Positions 44,357-53,021 of a stretch of DNA of 64,000 nucleotides are shown here, in pieces. Under the pieces are notes generated by a model, which saw only the letters and a list, made by a program, of their open reading frames with translations, had not been told where the DNA came from and searched no databases. The position numbers were made by a program, and so were the translations under genes. Positions within the stretch are counted from its first letter, which is position 1. Every line of letters begins with the position of its first letter. Source of the stretch: Bacteroidota bacterium (GTDB taxonomy: Bacteria > Bacteroidota > Bacteroidia > AKYH767-A > 2013-40CM-41-45); NCBI GenBank assembly GCA_016708785.1, contig JADJFC010000001.1, forward strand, positions 176,147 through 240,146, in the 5' to 3' direction.

Positions 44357-46324
44357 ATGAAAAAAGGATTACTCCTGAGTCTATCGGTTGCTTTTAGTTT
44401 TGGTGTGATTGCACAAAGTGCTTCACGTCTTCCTATGGGCTTCCGCAAAGCTGAAGTTCCGGCTTCAGTAAAAAACAAAATATTGAAAGTGCCATACAGA
44501 GATGCTAAGATGGATAGTGGAATTCCATTTAACAAAGCAATCAATGCTCGTATGGCTTCTCCTCAACCAAATTCAATCAATACTGCGTTGGTTGATGAGT
44601 ACTTAGTTGGTCTTTCATTCTATGACCTTCAAACAAATGCGTCGATCAGTAACCGCGTCGTAAAAAATGATGATGGTTCATTCGCTGTATCTTGGACTTA
44701 CTCTCCACTTTATGATGCAGCTGAAGCTTTCCCACAACGTGGAACAGGTTACAACTACTCACCTGATGGAACAACTTGGATCTTCCCTTACGTACCGGGA
44801 TCTTCTCAAGGACCTGCTGCAAGAACAGAAGCTGTTCGTACAGGTTTCACAAACATCATCAATACAACTTCAGGATCTGAGATGTCAATTGCTCACTCTG
44901 GAACTTCTATGGCGTTAACATACCGTCCTGCAAAAGGAACAGGTGCTTGGACAACTTCATACCCTTGGGGAACTTCAAACAATGACACTTGGCCAAAAGC
45001 AGTTGCAGGTGGAAATAACATGGTTTATGGTATCTGGCAAGGTAGTGGTGTTTCAGGAATTCCAACTGAAGGACAAGATGGACCTATGTTCTTCTCAAGA
45101 TCTACAGACGGTGGAGTTACTTGGAGTCAAAAAGCTGTCCTACCGGGAACGGATTCAACAGAATACCTTGGATTCGGTGGCGATGATTTCGCAATCGATG
45201 CAAAAGGAAATACTGTAGCTATCGTTTTAGGAAGTCAATTGACTGACCTAATGCTATTGAAATCTACTGATGCTGGTGTGAACTGGACAAAAACAATTAT
45301 CTACAGAAATCCATGTCCAATGTTAGATCTTGATGGCACACAGCCTTCAGATTCTGATCTTGATGGAATCGTTGATACATTAGATGGTCACGCAGGTGAT
45401 GCAGCAATTCTAATTGATGAGAATGATGAATGTCACGTTACTTTCTCTGATTTCCGTTGGTATTATGATGCAGGAACACCAGGAAGCTACAACTACTTCC
45501 CTTCAACTGATGGTCTTGAATATTGGAATGAAACTATGGGACAAAATGGATATGTTCCTATCGCTTTCGCTGAAGACTTAAATGGTAATGGTGAATTAGA
45601 TGTTCCACTTGATGAAACATGTGAAGCAGTTGGACTTCGTTGGGGTAGCTACAGAGGTGGTATCACGGGTATGCCATCAATGAGCTTAGGAAGCAATGGC
45701 GAAATTATTGTTTCTTATCAAACGATCAATGAGCTAGCTGATACTGCACAGTATCACCAGTCTCACCGTCACGTTTATCTTATCTCTTCACCTGACAAAG
45801 GAGCTACATGGACATATCCATACAACATCGTTCCAACAATTGCTGACGGTGGTGATGGTGAAAACCAAGAAGCTGTATTTGCTGCTTTAACTAAAAACAG
45901 TGATAACATGATCTATGTACTTTATCAACGTGATGGAGCTCCGGGACATGCACTTGCAGCTGCAGGAACTTGTGACGATGACTTCAACTCTGGTAACTCA
46001 AGTGATATTGTTTTTGCTCGTGTTGACTTCGCTAACATGGTTGGTGTAAGTAAAACTCCGGCAAATGATCTTTTCATGACTCAATCTTATCCTAACCCAA
46101 CTACAGGAATGGCATATTTCAATGTTGATACTAAATCAGCAGAAGACATGACGATCACAGTAACTGACATGTTAGGCAAAGTTGTTTACACAGAAATCAG
46201 AAGCAGCGTACCAGCAGGAATCACAACAGTATCTTTGAATACTGCTGACTGGAGTTCAGGTTTATATAACTACAGCGTAACTTCAGGAAGCCAAAAAGCT
46301 TCTCGTCAGATCGTAGTTCAATAA
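44357..46324 (+). CDS. Secreted BNR/Asp-box (sialidase-like beta-propeller) protein with T9SS C-terminal domain, paralog 1
   Basis: It has a signal peptide (MKKGLLLSLSVAFSFGVIAQ) and Asp-boxes SRSTDGGVTWS, KSTDAGVNWTK and SSPDKGATWTY. It has Ca-binding-like DxDxDG loops (DSDLDGIVD, DLNGNGELD). The CTD is YPNPTTGMAYFNV...GLYNYSVTSGSQKASRQIVVQ. I preferred the ATG at 44357. Confidence 0.75.
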   Translation: MKKGLLLSLSVAFSFGVIAQSASRLPMGFRKAEVPASVKNKILKVPYRDAKMDSGIPFNKAINARMASPQPNSINTALVDEYLVGLSFYDLQTNASISNRVVKNDDGSFAVSWTYSPLYDAAEAFPQRGTGYNYSPDGTTWIFPYVPGSSQGPAARTEAVRTGFTNIINTTSGSEMSIAHSGTSMALTYRPAKGTGAWTTSYPWGTSNNDTWPKAVAGGNNMVYGIWQGSGVSGIPTEGQDGPMFFSRSTDGGVTWSQKAVLPGTDSTEYLGFGGDDFAIDAKGNTVAIVLGSQLTDLMLLKSTDAGVNWTKTIIYRNPCPMLDLDGTQPSDSDLDGIVDTLDGHAGDAAILIDENDECHVTFSDFRWYYDAGTPGSYNYFPSTDGLEYWNETMGQNGYVPIAFAEDLNGNGELDVPLDETCEAVGLRWGSYRGGITGMPSMSLGSNGEIIVSYQTINELADTAQYHQSHRHVYLISSPDKGATWTYPYNIVPTIADGGDGENQEAVFAALTKNSDNMIYVLYQRDGAPGHALAAAGTCDDDFNSGNSSDIVFARVDFANMVGVSKTPANDLFMTQSYPNPTTGMAYFNVDTKSAEDMTITVTDMLGKVVYTEIRSSVPAGITTVSLNTADWSSGLYNYSVTSGSQKASRQIVVQ

Positions 46325-46395
46325 TTGACCAGGATTTAGCTGGATTAACCGAGATTAATCTGGATTAATCTGGAATTGATCTGATTCTAGAATTA
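46325..46395. repeat. CTGGATTAAT word-repeat block (period about 10 nt) right after the paralog 1 stop
   Basis: ccaggatttag ctggattaacc gagattaat ctggattaat ctggaattgat ctgattctag aattaat. Confidence 0.8.
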
Positions 46396-46397
46396 AT

Positions 46398-46433
46398 AAA
46401 AAGTCCTGCTCAATTTGAGCAGGACTTTTTTGT
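46398..46433 (+). terminator. Rho-independent terminator of BNR paralog 1
   Basis: AAAAAGTCCTGCTCA / att / TGAGCAGGACTTTTTT. Confidence 0.85.
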
Positions 46434-46459
46434 TAATAGATTCCATCTAAACCTTCCCC

Positions 46460-46508
46460 TTCATTTTTCATTCTTTATCCCGATAGTTATCGGGATTCAT
46501 TTTTCATT
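46460..46508. repeat. 13-nt direct repeats TTCATTTTTCATT flanking a 9-bp-arm palindrome
   Basis: TTCATTTTTCATT (46460-46472) ... ATCCCGATA gt TATCGGGAT (46477-46496) overlapping TTCATTTTTCATT (46496-46508). It lies about 150 nt upstream of paralog 2. Confidence 0.8.
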
Positions 46509-46659
46509 AAAAAACAACTTTTTCGAAGATGAACATCGCAGTCAGAATGTCATTGTAGCATCAAATTCCAAATATTCATTTTTTCCTAATAAAAGTTTAG
46601 ATAACTTCGGTCTATCAATTCCAGATAATATTATTTCTAACCTAAAACTAAAATTAAGA

Positions 46660-48630
46660 ATGAAGAAATCTTTACTCACCATTTTTGCATTTATTGTTTG
46701 TGTTGGTTCACAAGCACAGAATGCATCCCGTTTGCCACAAGGCTTCCGGAAAGCGGAAATTCCTGCTTCTGCAAAAAGTAAAAAAATTACAGTTGACGTT
46801 CGTGAATCAAATAAGGACGCCGGAACTCCATTTAACAAAACGATAAATTCAAGGCTTACAAACCCTCAACCAAGCACTCCTACTCTTGGTGGTAGTTTCA
46901 TCGATGAATATTTAGTTGGCTATTCATTTTATGACCTGCAGACGAACAATGCAATCAGTAATCGTATTGTTCATAATGATGATGGCTCGTATGCAGTCTC
47001 ATGGACCTACTCGCCTAATTATGATGCGGCAGAAGCCTTTCCTGATCGTGGAACCGGATACAATTATTCGCCGGATGGAATTTCGTGGATATATCCATAT
47101 GTACCGGGGTCATCACAAGGACCAGGAACACGGGTTGAGAATATTCGCACAGGATTTACCAATATCGTAAACACTTCTAGCGGATCTGAAATGGTTATTG
47201 CACACTCTGCAGATGCAATGGGTTTAACGTATCGCCCTGCTAAAGGAACCGGTGCATGGAATGCAACGACTTTTCCTTGGGGACCTACTACTGATGATAC
47301 TTGGTCAAAAGCAATTGCCGGGGGCAATGATATGGTCTATGCAATATTCCAAGGTTCTGGTGTTTCAACTACATCGGTGCTTGGACAAAAAGGACCGTTA
47401 TTCTTTTCAAGATCAACTGATGGTGGTGTTACATGGAGTACAAAAGCCCAAATTCCCGGAACGGATTCAACAGAATATATGGGATTCGGTGGCGATGAAT
47501 ATTCTATTGATGCAAGAGGAAATACAGTTGCAATTGCATTAGGAAGTACCATCACAGATCTTATGCTGCTAAAGTCGACTGATGCCGGACTTACATGGAC
47601 AAAAAAATTGATCTATATATCACCACTTCCAATGTTTAATACCGGAAATGGACAAACTTCTGACACCAATTCAGACGGAATTCCTGATACGCTTCTTGCA
47701 ACCGGTGGTGATGCAGCTGTATTGATCGATGAAAATGACCTTTGCCATGTCGTCTTCTCTGATGTTCGATGGATGAGCGATGGCGCAACTGCAGGAAGTT
47801 ATTCTTATTTCCCAGGGACAGACGGACTGGAATACTGGAATGAAAATATGGCTACAGGTGGATATGTTTTTATTGCTGCTGCTGAAGACTTCAATGGAAA
47901 TGGAGTTCTTGATGTACCTGAAGACCAAACATGTTCTTTCCAATGGGGTAATTATGGTGGAGGAATTACAGGATTGCCTTCGCTGGGTTTAGGGGATAAT
48001 AATACTATCTATCTTTCCTATCAGACAATAAATGAATTAGCAGATACTGCTCAATATCATCAGGCCCACCGTCACGTTTACATTATGACTTCACCGGATC
48101 ATGGTCAGACATGGACTTATCCATACAACATCGTTCCAACAATTGCTCAAGGTGGTGATGGTGAAAATCAAGAAGCGGTTTTTGCTGCCTTACCAAAAAG
48201 CATAAGCGGAAATATTCTTCCTGTGCTTTATCAACGTGATGGTGCACCGGGACATGCTCTTGCTTTAGCAGGAACTTGTGATGATGATTTCAACTCAGGT
48301 AATTCAAGCGACATCGTTTTTGGTCGTTATGACATTGCTGCAGTTGTGGGTGTACCTACAGTAAATGAAAACGACCTCTTCATCACACAAGCTTATCCAA
48401 ATCCAACAACAGGTATGGCATATTTCAACGTCTCAACTAAAACTAAAGCTGATCTATCTGTAACAGTTACAGATCTGTTAGGAAAAGTTGTTTATTCAGA
48501 ACAAAGAAATAATGTTGCTGCAGGTGTTACAACAATTTCATTGAACACAGGTAGCTGGACGTCCGGATTGTACAACTACAATGTGATTTCATGCGACCAA
48601 AAGGTTTCTCGTAGAATTGTAGTTCAATAA
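46660..48630 (+). CDS. Secreted BNR/Asp-box protein with T9SS C-terminal domain, paralog 2
   Basis: 656 aa, collinear with paralog 1 over the full length. It has the same three Asp-boxes, the same QYHQ.HRHVY and CDDDFNSGNSSDIVF blocks, and the same CTD. Confidence 0.75.
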   Translation: MKKSLLTIFAFIVCVGSQAQNASRLPQGFRKAEIPASAKSKKITVDVRESNKDAGTPFNKTINSRLTNPQPSTPTLGGSFIDEYLVGYSFYDLQTNNAISNRIVHNDDGSYAVSWTYSPNYDAAEAFPDRGTGYNYSPDGISWIYPYVPGSSQGPGTRVENIRTGFTNIVNTSSGSEMVIAHSADAMGLTYRPAKGTGAWNATTFPWGPTTDDTWSKAIAGGNDMVYAIFQGSGVSTTSVLGQKGPLFFSRSTDGGVTWSTKAQIPGTDSTEYMGFGGDEYSIDARGNTVAIALGSTITDLMLLKSTDAGLTWTKKLIYISPLPMFNTGNGQTSDTNSDGIPDTLLATGGDAAVLIDENDLCHVVFSDVRWMSDGATAGSYSYFPGTDGLEYWNENMATGGYVFIAAAEDFNGNGVLDVPEDQTCSFQWGNYGGGITGLPSLGLGDNNTIYLSYQTINELADTAQYHQAHRHVYIMTSPDHGQTWTYPYNIVPTIAQGGDGENQEAVFAALPKSISGNILPVLYQRDGAPGHALALAGTCDDDFNSGNSSDIVFGRYDIAAVVGVPTVNENDLFITQAYPNPTTGMAYFNVSTKTKADLSVTVTDLLGKVVYSEQRNNVAAGVTTISLNTGSWTSGLYNYNVISCDQKVSRRIVVQ

Positions 48631-48651
48631 CAGAACTTTTTCAATTTTCAT

Positions 48652-48686
48652 AAAAAAAGCACGGAGAAAATTCTCCGTGCTTTTTT
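48652..48686. terminator. Bidirectional terminator between BNR paralog 2 and bshB1
   Basis: AAAAAAAGCACGGAGA / aaat / TCTCCGTGCTTTTTT. The T-tract overlaps the bshB1 stop. Confidence 0.85.
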
Positions 48687-49401
48687 ATTTAAGCAAAGTC
48701 AAGTCATTTATTCCCGGATAACGCTCTACTGTAAATCCTTCAGCAAATTGAAATCCTGCTGGACGTCCATATTCCATTGCTCTGCCTTTTAGAAAGTCAA
48801 GAAACTCTTTTGATGAGATCGCTGTATCTGGTTCCGTTGAATCAGCCTGATAGAATTGAGTTTTAAATGCTTTTACAGATTCCATTCGTTGTTCCCAAAC
48901 ATCTGAAACATCGACTACAAAATCAGGTTTAATAAATCGGTCTTGAATATAATGATAGACTGCTTGTGGCCGCCAAGGTAATTGGTCTACTCCCCCAATT
49001 TGTGTTACTACTTTTACTAATCCTGAAAGAAATATAGCATCACTAACCAGTGAAGCACCTCTTCCATGATCGGGGTGACGATCGCTAATAGCATTGCAAA
49101 GGACGATACTTGGCTGATATTTTCTGATCATTTTAACGACTTCCAATCGGTGATCGCCGTCATTATTAAAAAAACCGTCCGCTAAATTGAGGTATTCTCT
49201 GGCTATAATTCCAATGATCTTAGAAGATGCCTCTGCCTCTTCTTTACGAGTTTCAGCTGTACCTCGGGTACCTAACTCTCCGTTTGTAAGGTCAACAATT
49301 CCACACTTATAACCCTTTTTAATATGGTTGATAAGTGTTCCTGAGGCACTTAATTCGACATCGTCGGGATGTGCACCAAAAGCCAAAATGTCTAATTTCA
49401 T
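48685..49401 (-). CDS. bshB1: Bacillithiol biosynthesis deacetylase BshB1 (LmbE/PIG-L family)
   Basis: 238 aa with ILAFGAHPDDVELSASGT, LTNGELGTRG and HPDHG. Confidence 0.8.
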   Translation of the reverse strand: MKLDILAFGAHPDDVELSASGTLINHIKKGYKCGIVDLTNGELGTRGTAETRKEEAEASSKIIGIIAREYLNLADGFFNNDGDHRLEVVKMIRKYQPSIVLCNAISDRHPDHGRGASLVSDAIFLSGLVKVVTQIGGVDQLPWRPQAVYHYIQDRFIKPDFVVDVSDVWEQRMESVKAFKTQFYQADSTEPDTAISSKEFLDFLKGRAMEYGRPAGFQFAEGFTVERYPGINDLTLLK

Positions 49402-49441
49402 ATCAATTATTATGGAAGTTCTTTTGTATTTTTATAGCTGT

Positions 49442-49449
49442 CAAAATTA
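49442..49449 (-). promoter_or_regulatory. Candidate -7 box TAATTTTG for bshB1
   Basis: Plus-strand CAAAATTA, 40 nt upstream of the ATG at 49401. Confidence 0.3.
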
Positions 49450-49505
49450 ACAATCACTCTTGATTTAAATAGTTTTTTAATTTCGAAGAATTCTAATTCA
49501 AATAT

Positions 49506-50909
49506 ATGAAAATCTCCTTTCATGGTGCTGCCCGTACAGTAACCGGCAGTAAGCACCTACTGAAGTTAAATAGCGGACTAACGATCTTACTTGATTGCGG
49601 TTTTTTTCAAGGATTAGGGGCTCAAACCGAAGAACTAAATCGACATTTTGGATTTGAGCCTTCTGAAGTGGATATTCTCATTCTTTCTCATGCTCATATC
49701 GATCATTCAGGGAATATTCCATTTCTTGTCAAGCAAGGTTTCGCAGGCAAAATCTACTGCACTTCTGCTACCCAGGATCTTGCCGCAATTATGTTAGCCG
49801 ATACTGCACATATTCAAGAGAATGATCTTAGGTACATCAATAAAAAACGGGAAGCAAAAAATAAGGCTCCACTTGAACCTATTTATAACATTGAAGATGT
49901 TGATGCAGCAATGGAATTATTCTTCAACATTCCATTTCGAAAGGAAGTTGAAATTGCACCGGATGTTAAATTGACTTTCACTGATAGTGGCCACATTCTT
50001 GGCGCTGCTGCAGTAAATTTGAGAATCAAAGAAGATGGCAAAGAATTCAGACTTATGTTCTCAGGTGATATTGGTCGACCTGGCGACAGGATCCTGAAAG
50101 TTCCGGAAAAATTTCCACAGGCAGATTATATTATTTGTGAAAGCACTTACGGAAATCGTTTGCATGACTCCACAGAAGATACAGAAAAAAAATTACTTGA
50201 AATTGTGTACCACACATGTGTTGAGAAGAAAGGGAAATTGATAATTCCTGCATTTAGTCTCGGCAGAACCCAAGAGGTAGTTTATGCTTTGAATAACTTG
50301 AAGAACAGTGGTAAACTTCCTGCAATTCCTGTTTACGTCGACAGCCCTCTTTCAGTAAATGCAACGGCCATTATGAAAGCTCATCCGGAATGTTTCAATG
50401 GCGATGTACTAAAATCCCTTCGTTCAGATCCGGATCCTTTTGGATTTGACAATTTGCATTACATTCAGCAGCCAAAAGATTCAATTGCGCTGAACGATCT
50501 TGATAAACCTATGATCATAATCTCAGCATCAGGAATGGCTGACGCAGGAAGAGTCAAACATCATATCAAGAATAATATCAAAGACAAAAGAAATACCATA
50601 CTACTTGTTGGTTATTGCTCACCGGATAGTCTTGGTGGAAGATTAGCAGCAGGAAATAAAGAAGTGCGGATATTCGGCAAAGAATATGAAGTAATATGTG
50701 ACGTATATCAGGAGAACAGCTATAGTGCTCATGGTGATTATAAAGAAATGCTTGCATATCTTTCGTGCCAGGATGCAAGCAAGGTCAAAGAAATGTTCTT
50801 AGTTCACGGAGAATACGAAGTTCAAGTGGATTGGAGAGAGAAATTGATGGAAGCAGGATTTGCTAAGATCAATATTCCGGAATTACATTCAACATATGAG
50901 ATCAACTAA
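49506..50909 (+). CDS. MBL-fold metallo-hydrolase with beta-CASP / RNA-specificity domain
   Basis: 467 aa with HAHIDHSG (HxHxDH), a DSGH-type motif (FTDSGHILG), ESTYG and a C-terminal SAHGD. Confidence 0.85.
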   Translation: MKISFHGAARTVTGSKHLLKLNSGLTILLDCGFFQGLGAQTEELNRHFGFEPSEVDILILSHAHIDHSGNIPFLVKQGFAGKIYCTSATQDLAAIMLADTAHIQENDLRYINKKREAKNKAPLEPIYNIEDVDAAMELFFNIPFRKEVEIAPDVKLTFTDSGHILGAAAVNLRIKEDGKEFRLMFSGDIGRPGDRILKVPEKFPQADYIICESTYGNRLHDSTEDTEKKLLEIVYHTCVEKKGKLIIPAFSLGRTQEVVYALNNLKNSGKLPAIPVYVDSPLSVNATAIMKAHPECFNGDVLKSLRSDPDPFGFDNLHYIQQPKDSIALNDLDKPMIIISASGMADAGRVKHHIKNNIKDKRNTILLVGYCSPDSLGGRLAAGNKEVRIFGKEYEVICDVYQENSYSAHGDYKEMLAYLSCQDASKVKEMFLVHGEYEVQVDWREKLMEAGFAKINIPELHSTYEIN

Positions 50910-51562
50910 TGAATATAGTTCTTAACTTAATTCAAAAAGAAATAAAAACTGAATGGAAGCAAAAATATGCTTTCAATGGTTTGCTCTTGTATGTTGTCAG
51001 TACGGTCTTCGTCTGCTATCTCTCATTTAAGAGAATTGTGGATCTTCCTACCTGGAATGCACTATTCTGGATCATCCAGCTTTTCGCCGGTGTAAATGCT
51101 ATTTCAAAAAGTTTTCTTCAGGAAGGAAGGGGAAGAATGCTCTACTACTACACTCTCACAAATGCACGTTCATTTATTCTGGCCAAGATCATCTATAATT
51201 TATTTTTGATGCTGGTTCTGTCTGCTTTCAATCTCCTATTTTATTCTCTATTTATTGGAAATCCTGTACAGGATATGCCAATGTTTATTTTAGCGATGGT
51301 TCTTGGTAGTGCAGGATTTTCGGCTGTACTTGCAATGGTTTCGGCAATTGCATCAAAAGCAGGAAATAATTTTGCATTAATGTCTATACTTAGTTTCCCT
51401 ATTCTTATCCCAGTTTTGATGGTCACGATCCGATTCTCAAAAAACGCCATGGATGGAATTGCATGGGCAGTAAATCAACAATTCGCAATTATATTGGTCG
51501 CATTGATTGCAATGGTATTTGCACTTTCATATCTACTCTTCCCTTATCTTTGGCGGGAATAG
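50909..51562 (+). CDS. ccmB: Heme exporter membrane protein CcmB
   Basis: 217 aa with 6 predicted TM helices, located directly upstream of ccmC. Its start overlaps the upstream stop by 1 nt (TAATG). Confidence 0.7.
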   Translation: MNIVLNLIQKEIKTEWKQKYAFNGLLLYVVSTVFVCYLSFKRIVDLPTWNALFWIIQLFAGVNAISKSFLQEGRGRMLYYYTLTNARSFILAKIIYNLFLMLVLSAFNLLFYSLFIGNPVQDMPMFILAMVLGSAGFSAVLAMVSAIASKAGNNFALMSILSFPILIPVLMVTIRFSKNAMDGIAWAVNQQFAIILVALIAMVFALSYLLFPYLWRE

Positions 51563-51593
51563 TTCAACTCAACTAATTTGATTTGTAAATAAA

Positions 51594-52286
51594 ATGAATG
51601 ATAAAAAAATTAACCTACTGTCCGGATTACAATGGTGGAAATGGTTATGCATACTCCTCTTATTTTATACTTTTTATCAGGGTTTAATGATTGAGGTTCC
51701 GCGTCTGGCTATCCTGCATGAAACAATTCGTAATCTATTTTTCCATGTAACGATGTGGTTTTCTATGATCATCATGATGCTTGCATCATTGATCTATGGA
51801 ATTCGTTATCTGTCAACGAATGATATTACGTTTGACACAAAGGCAAGTGAAGCCGCTTATACCGGTGTCTTCCTTGGACTTTTAGGACTGGCAACAGGAA
51901 GTCTATGGGCAAAATTCACTTGGGGAGCATGGTGGGTCAACGATGCAAAATTGAATGGTGCTGCAGCTGCTATGTTAGTTTATTTTGCCTACATTATTTT
52001 GAGAGGTTCAATAGATGATGAACATAAAAAAGCAAAACTTGCAGCTGTTTATGGAATATTTGCATTCACAATGATGCTGGTATTCATAATGATCCTTCCT
52101 AGGCTCACTGACTCATTGCATCCGGGAAACGGCGGTAATCCCGGATTTGGTAATTATGATCTTGATAAAAAGATGCGTACAGTTTTTTATCCGGCAGTTA
52201 TTGGCTGGGCATTGCTCGCAACCTGGATCACAGAAATTAATGTTCGAATCAAAACACTTCGTAATAAAATTGAAGACGAAAAATGA
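51594..52286 (+). CDS. ccmC: Heme exporter/heme-handling protein CcmC
   Basis: 230 aa with the Trp-rich motif WAKFTWGAWWVNDAKL and flanking conserved His residues. Confidence 0.85.
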   Translation: MNDKKINLLSGLQWWKWLCILLLFYTFYQGLMIEVPRLAILHETIRNLFFHVTMWFSMIIMMLASLIYGIRYLSTNDITFDTKASEAAYTGVFLGLLGLATGSLWAKFTWGAWWVNDAKLNGAAAAMLVYFAYIILRGSIDDEHKKAKLAAVYGIFAFTMMLVFIMILPRLTDSLHPGNGGNPGFGNYDLDKKMRTVFYPAVIGWALLATWITEINVRIKTLRNKIEDEK

Positions 52287-52501
52287 AAAAAATTAACTAT
52301 CTATTATTTACCCTATTAGCTATCGTATCACCTGTTATTGGTTTTGCCCAAAATAGTGACATTGAAATGGCTGATACAATGCGATCAAATGGAAAAATCT
52401 TTGTTGTGATTGGGGTTATCGGTATTATTTTGCTCGGGATCCTCATCTTTCTCCTGCAGATCGATAAAAAAGTGCGAATTTTAGAGAAAACAGCAAAATA
52501 A
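52283..52501 (+). CDS. ccmD: CcmD-like small membrane protein (Bacteroidota alternative CcmD family)
   Basis: 72 aa with a 4-nt overlap with ccmC. It has an N-terminal signal-like segment plus one TM helix (VVIGVIGIILLGILIFLL). The call rests on its position between ccmC and ccmE. Confidence 0.5.
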   Translation: MKKINYLLFTLLAIVSPVIGFAQNSDIEMADTMRSNGKIFVVIGVIGIILLGILIFLLQIDKKVRILEKTAK

Positions 52502-52591
52502 AATAAGTCTTTTCCAATTTACTAATTGAAAATACAGGATTGCTACTGATTTTAATGCTAAATTTGCATACTAAATCAAGTAAAGTAATTC

Positions 52592-52996
52592 ATGAAAAAA
52601 ACGCACATTCTTGGTATTGTAATCATAGCTATTGCAATTGCTGCTATACTAAGTACTTTGGCAGATTCCAGTACTTATGCTTCATTCAGTGTCGCGGAAG
52701 CGGAGCCATCAAAAACTTTTCACGTTGTTGGCAAACTGAACAAGGAGAAACCACAAGAATACAATCCGCATGTTGACGCTGACCTCTTTTCATTTTTTCT
52801 GGTTGACAATGAAGGAAAAGAAAAACAGGTACAATTACACAAAGCTAAACCGCAAGACTTTGAAAAGTCTGAACAGATTGTTGTTATAGGAAAAATGAAT
52901 GAGGGCAATTTTGTAGCTTCAGATATACTGATGAAATGTCCTTCCAAATACAACAATTCAAGTGAAGACATGAAAGCGGTTACTTCTCAACGTTGA
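52592..52996 (+). CDS. ccmE: Cytochrome c maturation heme chaperone CcmE, CxxxY variant
   Basis: 134 aa with an N-terminal TM anchor and an OB-fold region. The C-terminal DILMKCPSKY aligns with E. coli EVLAKHDENY, so Cys stands in place of the heme-binding His. Confidence 0.85.
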   Translation: MKKTHILGIVIIAIAIAAILSTLADSSTYASFSVAEAEPSKTFHVVGKLNKEKPQEYNPHVDADLFSFFLVDNEGKEKQVQLHKAKPQDFEKSEQIVVIGKMNEGNFVASDILMKCPSKYNNSSEDMKAVTSQR

Positions 52997-53021
52997 TCTT
53001 TATCATTTACAACAAAATTTA

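Noticed and set aside
52540-52776. 78-aa ORF overlapping the ccmE start
   Set aside because: It is in an alternative frame of ccmE. The ccmE frame has clear family motifs and the other does not.
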